Source: an uncultured Verrucomicrobiae bacterium
GTDB lineage: Bacteria > Verrucomicrobiota > Verrucomicrobiia > Limisphaerales > Palsa-1400
Direction of reading: 5' to 3'
Length of the DNA: 64,000 nt
Assembly (NCBI GenBank): GCA_963764165.1
Contig: CAVXRD010000001.1
Span: 1,120,001 to 1,184,000, forward strand
Below are positions 57,914-64,000 of this stretch, piece by piece (position 1 is the stretch's first letter; every line of letters begins with the position of its first letter). The position numbers and the translations under genes were made by a program. Below the pieces are notes generated by a model that made no database searches, was not told where the DNA came from, and saw nothing but the letters and a program-made list of their open reading frames with translations.

Positions 57914-59716
57914 GTGAAACCAGAAGCCAAAACTAGCCTGAAACCAGAGGCGCGGTTAAAGCGGGCGGCACATCACTCTTCCTCTGAACCAGCAAAGAAA
58001 ACAAGAAAAACAATGGCTGCATCCGTCACTAATACCATCGAAACTCGTTTGCATATTCAACACGCTGAAGTTCTGGCGGCGAAGAATCCTGGCTTGGATC
58101 TCTCCGAAAAAGTTAAGGAGCTTGTCCGCCTGGCGCAGGAGCAGGGATACCTTACCTACACGGACATCAACGACGCCATTCCCGACGGCGTCATCTCGCC
58201 CGATGAACTCGACGATCTCTACAGCAAGCTCCGCAATCTCGAAGTCGAGATTGTCGACCAGGCTGAAGTGGATCGCGTCAAGCAGCCCGAGCCCGACGAA
58301 GAGGAAGACAAGGGCCGGATGGATATTCTCGACGATCCCGTCCGCATGTATCTCAAGCAGATGGGCCAGGTCCCCCTGCTCACCCGCGAACAGGAAGTCG
58401 AAATTTCCAAGCGCATCGAAGATGCGGAAAACGAGGTCAAACGCATCATTTACGGCTTCGGTTTTGCGGCCAAGGAGCACATTGCGCTGGCGGAAAAACT
58501 CATTTCGCAGCCGCCCAAGGAGCGTTTTGACCGCGTGATCGTCGACAAAAAAGTCGAGGGCCGCGACAATCATCTTCGCACCTTGCGCCGCCTGGTGAAA
58601 CAAGTTCGCGCGCTGGACGAGGACGTGGATCAAAAATACGCCCGAGTCCAAGCCGAGAAATCCGAGAATGGCCAGTCCGATTCGCTGGCGCATGATTTCA
58701 AGAAGCACGAAGAACGACTCCAGCGCTCTTTCGCCAAGTTTTACTACAAGCAGCGCGTGATTGAAGAAATGGCGCTGGTGGCCGACAACATCCACGACCG
58801 CATGCAGCTTTGCCGCCGCACGCTCGCGCAGTTGGAGGAACAGGGGCTCGCCCAGCAGCATCCGGCGCTCCTTGAAAACGAACACCGCAAAATCAAGCAA
58901 TTGCAAGATTTCGTGCGGATGTCGTGCGATCAGTATCTCGCCTCCTACATGGAGTTGCAGCATTTCAACAAGAAGGCCATTCAGGCCAAGACTGAAATGG
59001 TGGAGGCGAATTTGCGCCTCGTCATTTCGATCGCCAAGAAATACACCAACCGCGGCCTTTCTTTCCTCGACCTGATTCAGGAAGGCAACATGGGTTTGAT
59101 GAAGGCGGTCGAAAAATTCGAGTATCGCCGCGGCTACAAGTTCTCGACCTACGCCACTTGGTGGATCCGCCAGGCCATCACCCGCTCCATTGCCGACCAG
59201 GCGCGAACCATCCGCATCCCGGTGCACATGATCGAAACGATCAACAAATTGATGCGCGTGCAGAAGCAGCTCATCCAGGATTTCGGGCGCGAACCGTCGC
59301 CGGATGAAATCGCGGATGAAATGCAAATCCCCGTTGAACGCGTCCGCGCGGTCTTGAAGATGGCGCAGCAGCCCATCTCCCTTCAATCACCGGTCGGCGA
59401 CAGCGAAGACACGAATTTCGGTGATTTCATCGAAGACAAGTCGGCGGAAAATCCGTCCGACATGACGAGCTACAGTTTGCTCAAGGATAAGTTGGGCGAC
59501 GTGCTGTCCAGCCTCTCCGAACGCGAACGCAAAGTGCTCGAACTCCGTTTTGGCCTTGGCGACGGTTATTCGCGGACGTTGGAAGAAGTGGGCCGCCAAT
59601 TCAAAGTCACCCGCGAACGCATCCGCCAGATCGAGGCAAAAGCGTTGCGTAAAATGCGCCACCCGACGCGCATCCGCCACCTGTCGGGCTTCCTCGAAAC
59701 GACCGAGCCGGCGTAA
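57914..59716 (+). CDS. rpoD: RNA polymerase primary sigma factor
   Basis: [68 protein letters not shown]; start GTG 57914 or ATG 58013. Confidence 0.96.
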   Translation: MKPEAKTSLKPEARLKRAAHHSSSEPAKKTRKTMAASVTNTIETRLHIQHAEVLAAKNPGLDLSEKVKELVRLAQEQGYLTYTDINDAIPDGVISPDELDDLYSKLRNLEVEIVDQAEVDRVKQPEPDEEEDKGRMDILDDPVRMYLKQMGQVPLLTREQEVEISKRIEDAENEVKRIIYGFGFAAKEHIALAEKLISQPPKERFDRVIVDKKVEGRDNHLRTLRRLVKQVRALDEDVDQKYARVQAEKSENGQSDSLAHDFKKHEERLQRSFAKFYYKQRVIEEMALVADNIHDRMQLCRRTLAQLEEQGLAQQHPALLENEHRKIKQLQDFVRMSCDQYLASYMELQHFNKKAIQAKTEMVEANLRLVISIAKKYTNRGLSFLDLIQEGNMGLMKAVEKFEYRRGYKFSTYATWWIRQAITRSIADQARTIRIPVHMIETINKLMRVQKQLIQDFGREPSPDEIADEMQIPVERVRAVLKMAQQPISLQSPVGDSEDTNFGDFIEDKSAENPSDMTSYSLLKDKLGDVLSSLSERERKVLELRFGLGDGYSRTLEEVGRQFKVTRERIRQIEAKALRKMRHPTRIRHLSGFLETTEPA

Positions 59717-59738
59717 GCTGGATCGGAGTAGGAATTTC

Positions 59739-59772
59739 AGGCGCACCGTATTTCCGGTGCGCCTTTTGTTTT
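59739..59772 (+). terminator. Intrinsic terminator after rpoD
   Basis: AGGCGCACCG-TATTTC-CGGTGCGCCT followed by TTTGTTTT. Confidence 0.8.
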
Positions 59773-59824
59773 CACTGGGAAAAGCGGCATTTACGCGGCA
59801 ACGGCGATGAGATAATGTAAGGAT

Positions 59825-60601
59825 ATGAAGGCGAACGCCAGCGGCTTCACGGTTGCAAAGGCTCTTTTCATTGGTTTCTTCTCCTTCGCGTTCCTGGTTG
59901 CGGGTGGAGAATCCAATGGCAATCGGCTGCAAGATCTTTTGGCCAAGATCACCCAACAGTGGAATGGGAATGTCGCTCGAAACGAACGAGGAGAGGTCGT
60001 GTCGATTCGTCTATACGACGAATTTTTGGCGGAGACTAATTTCGGGCTGATTAGGAATCTGCCTTCATTAACCAACGTAATCCTAAGATACTCTTCAACG
60101 ACACCGCTGACCGAAAAAGCCGTGGATTCGCTCGCTGCCGCTCCTAACCTGAAGAGCGTGGAATTGGCGTGCTTTTTCAGCAGGATTGAACCCGGAGTGT
60201 TCCCAAAACTTTGCAGCATCAGAAACCTTACGGGGATGATTCTTTACGGAGCGTGCCCAACGCATGAGGATTTTCGCGCCATTACAAACCTTCAAAACCT
60301 AACTTTCTTTGCAGTCGCTTATTCGAAGAATTTTGGAAAACAAGACTTGTCTGTGTTGACTGCGTTGCCGCGTTTGAATTCTTTGGTGATTGCCGGGACG
60401 ATGGTTACAAATACCGACACCAATATTCTGAAAAGCTGCCCGTCGTTGACCAACTTTGTGTTTAATGGGAACAGACCGCAGACGAATGCCTCGGCCGGAG
60501 AGACCAAAAGCGGCGGGCAGATCATCAGGGTTCCGTCCGCCGCAGAGAGGGAAAAAGGCGCAAAAATCGAGGTCGCGCCCACCATGGACAGCAACGAATA
60601 G
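59825..60601 (+). CDS. Exported leucine-rich-repeat-like protein with FKBP-like C-terminal tag
   Basis: N-terminal hydrophobic segment; LPSLTNVIL, PNLKSVEL, LQNLTFF and LPRLNSLVI repeats. Confidence 0.7.
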   Translation: MKANASGFTVAKALFIGFFSFAFLVAGGESNGNRLQDLLAKITQQWNGNVARNERGEVVSIRLYDEFLAETNFGLIRNLPSLTNVILRYSSTTPLTEKAVDSLAAAPNLKSVELACFFSRIEPGVFPKLCSIRNLTGMILYGACPTHEDFRAITNLQNLTFFAVAYSKNFGKQDLSVLTALPRLNSLVIAGTMVTNTDTNILKSCPSLTNFVFNGNRPQTNASAGETKSGGQIIRVPSAAEREKGAKIEVAPTMDSNE

Positions 60602-60674
60602 CGTCGCTCAAATTGCCACCCCGGTTCCCGTTCCCCTAACTTGACAGCAAGACCATCCGGGCAGATTTTCTTGC

Positions 60675-63299
<2,625 letters not shown>

Positions 63300-63312
63300 G
63301 GCTCGCGGAGCC

Positions 63313-63385
63313 GTCCTATTAGGCCTATATCGGTCCTATTCGTCCCATTTTCATGGGAGGAATGGGAATAACGGGAAATATGAGG
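63313..63385. repeat. Degenerate short tandem/inverted repeats between convergent clpB and gatA
   Basis: GTCCTATT/GGCCTATA/GTCCTATT/GTCCCATT followed by ATGGGA-type inverted copies. Confidence 0.45.
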
Positions 63386-63389
63386 CGCC

Positions 63390-64000
63390 TTATGCCGTCT
63401 CCGTGACAATCGGCGCCCGTTCTTTGTGCCACGGCGTAGCCTGCTCGTAGGCGTAAGCCAATTGGAGAATCGTCTGTTCGCCAAAGGGTTTGCCCAAAAG
63501 CTGCAAGCCAATCGGCAGGCGCGGATTCTTGGTAAACCCGCACGGCAGGCTCAATCCGCAAATTCCCGCCAGATTGCACGAGATCGTGAAAATGTCTGAC
63601 AAATACATTTGCAGCGGGTCGTCCGTTTTCTCTCCGGCTTTGAATGCGGCGGTCGGCGTGGTGGGCGTGATGATCGCGTCCACTTTTTCAAAAGCTTCCA
63701 GGAAATCGCGGCGGATGAGTGTTCGCACTTTTTGCGCGCGCAAATAATACGCGTCGTAATAACCGCTGCTCAAAACGTATGCGCCAAGAATAATGCGGCG
63801 TTTGACCTCCGGCCCGAACCCCGCTCCGCGCGTCTTGCAATAAAGGTCCGTCGGATCGCTGCCATCGACGCGCAATCCATAGCGGATGCCATCGAACCGG
63901 GCGAGGTTAGCGCTCGCCTCCGCGGTGGCCACAATGTAGTAGGTCGCGACGGCGTAATCAGTATGAGGTAGCGAAACCTCGACAATTTCCGCGCCCATTT
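63390..64000 (-). CDS. gatA: Asp/Glu-tRNA amidotransferase subunit A, C-terminal part
   Basis: [58 protein letters not shown]. Confidence 0.96.
   Translation of the reverse strand, partial: MGAEIVEVSLPHTDYAVATYYIVATAEASANLARFDGIRYGLRVDGSDPTDLYCKTRGAGFGPEVKRRIILGAYVLSSGYYDAYYLRAQKVRTLIRRDFLEAFEKVDAIITPTTPTAAFKAGEKTDDPLQMYLSDIFTISCNLAGICGLSLPCGFTKNPRLPIGLQLLGKPFGEQTILQLAYAYEQATPWHKERAPIVTETA

Noticed and set aside
57956..59386. 476-aa antisense ORF over rpoD; similar long antisense ORFs over clpB (60852..62237), uvrA (18528..20129), FKBP (42030..43307) and the kinases
   Set aside because: Shadow frames of GC-rich, codon-biased genes; no recognisable motifs

Overview
GC-rich (~58-60% by eye) bacterial chromosomal window. 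Gene style (TIGR03803-type repeats, ECF sigma with C-terminal extension, integrase type) suggests Verrucomicrobiota, which is an inference. Contents: a five-gene signalling operon with a RedB-like partner (1.5-8.7 kb); proA with an ATP-grasp-like gene; further response regulators and a hybrid kinase; thrH; a UvrA lacking the insertion domain, opposite a stand-alone WYL gene; a ~5,700-aa secreted repeat protein (20.7-37.9 kb); a tRNA-Ile2(CAT) surrounded by debris of an integrase and toxin-antitoxin genes; VOC, ferredoxin, LysR, FKBP, OPT, a redoxin/heme-c/Cu-monooxygenase fusion, an extended ECF sigma and a WG-repeat gene; then core genes (pilB-like ATPase, mfd, rpoD, clpB, gatA). Most notable unexplained signals: (1) an intergenic element family with fixed spacing around an IHF-consensus core but exchangeable hexamer repeats, two copies of which bracket the WG-repeat gene; (2) a 20-aa C-terminal tag shared by two unrelated exported proteins; (3) an ECF sigma fused to an apparently circularly permuted secretin core; (4) a low-GC variable cassette inside the giant protein. 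All calls come from reading motifs by eye; no searches were run. No CRISPR array or rRNA was seen.
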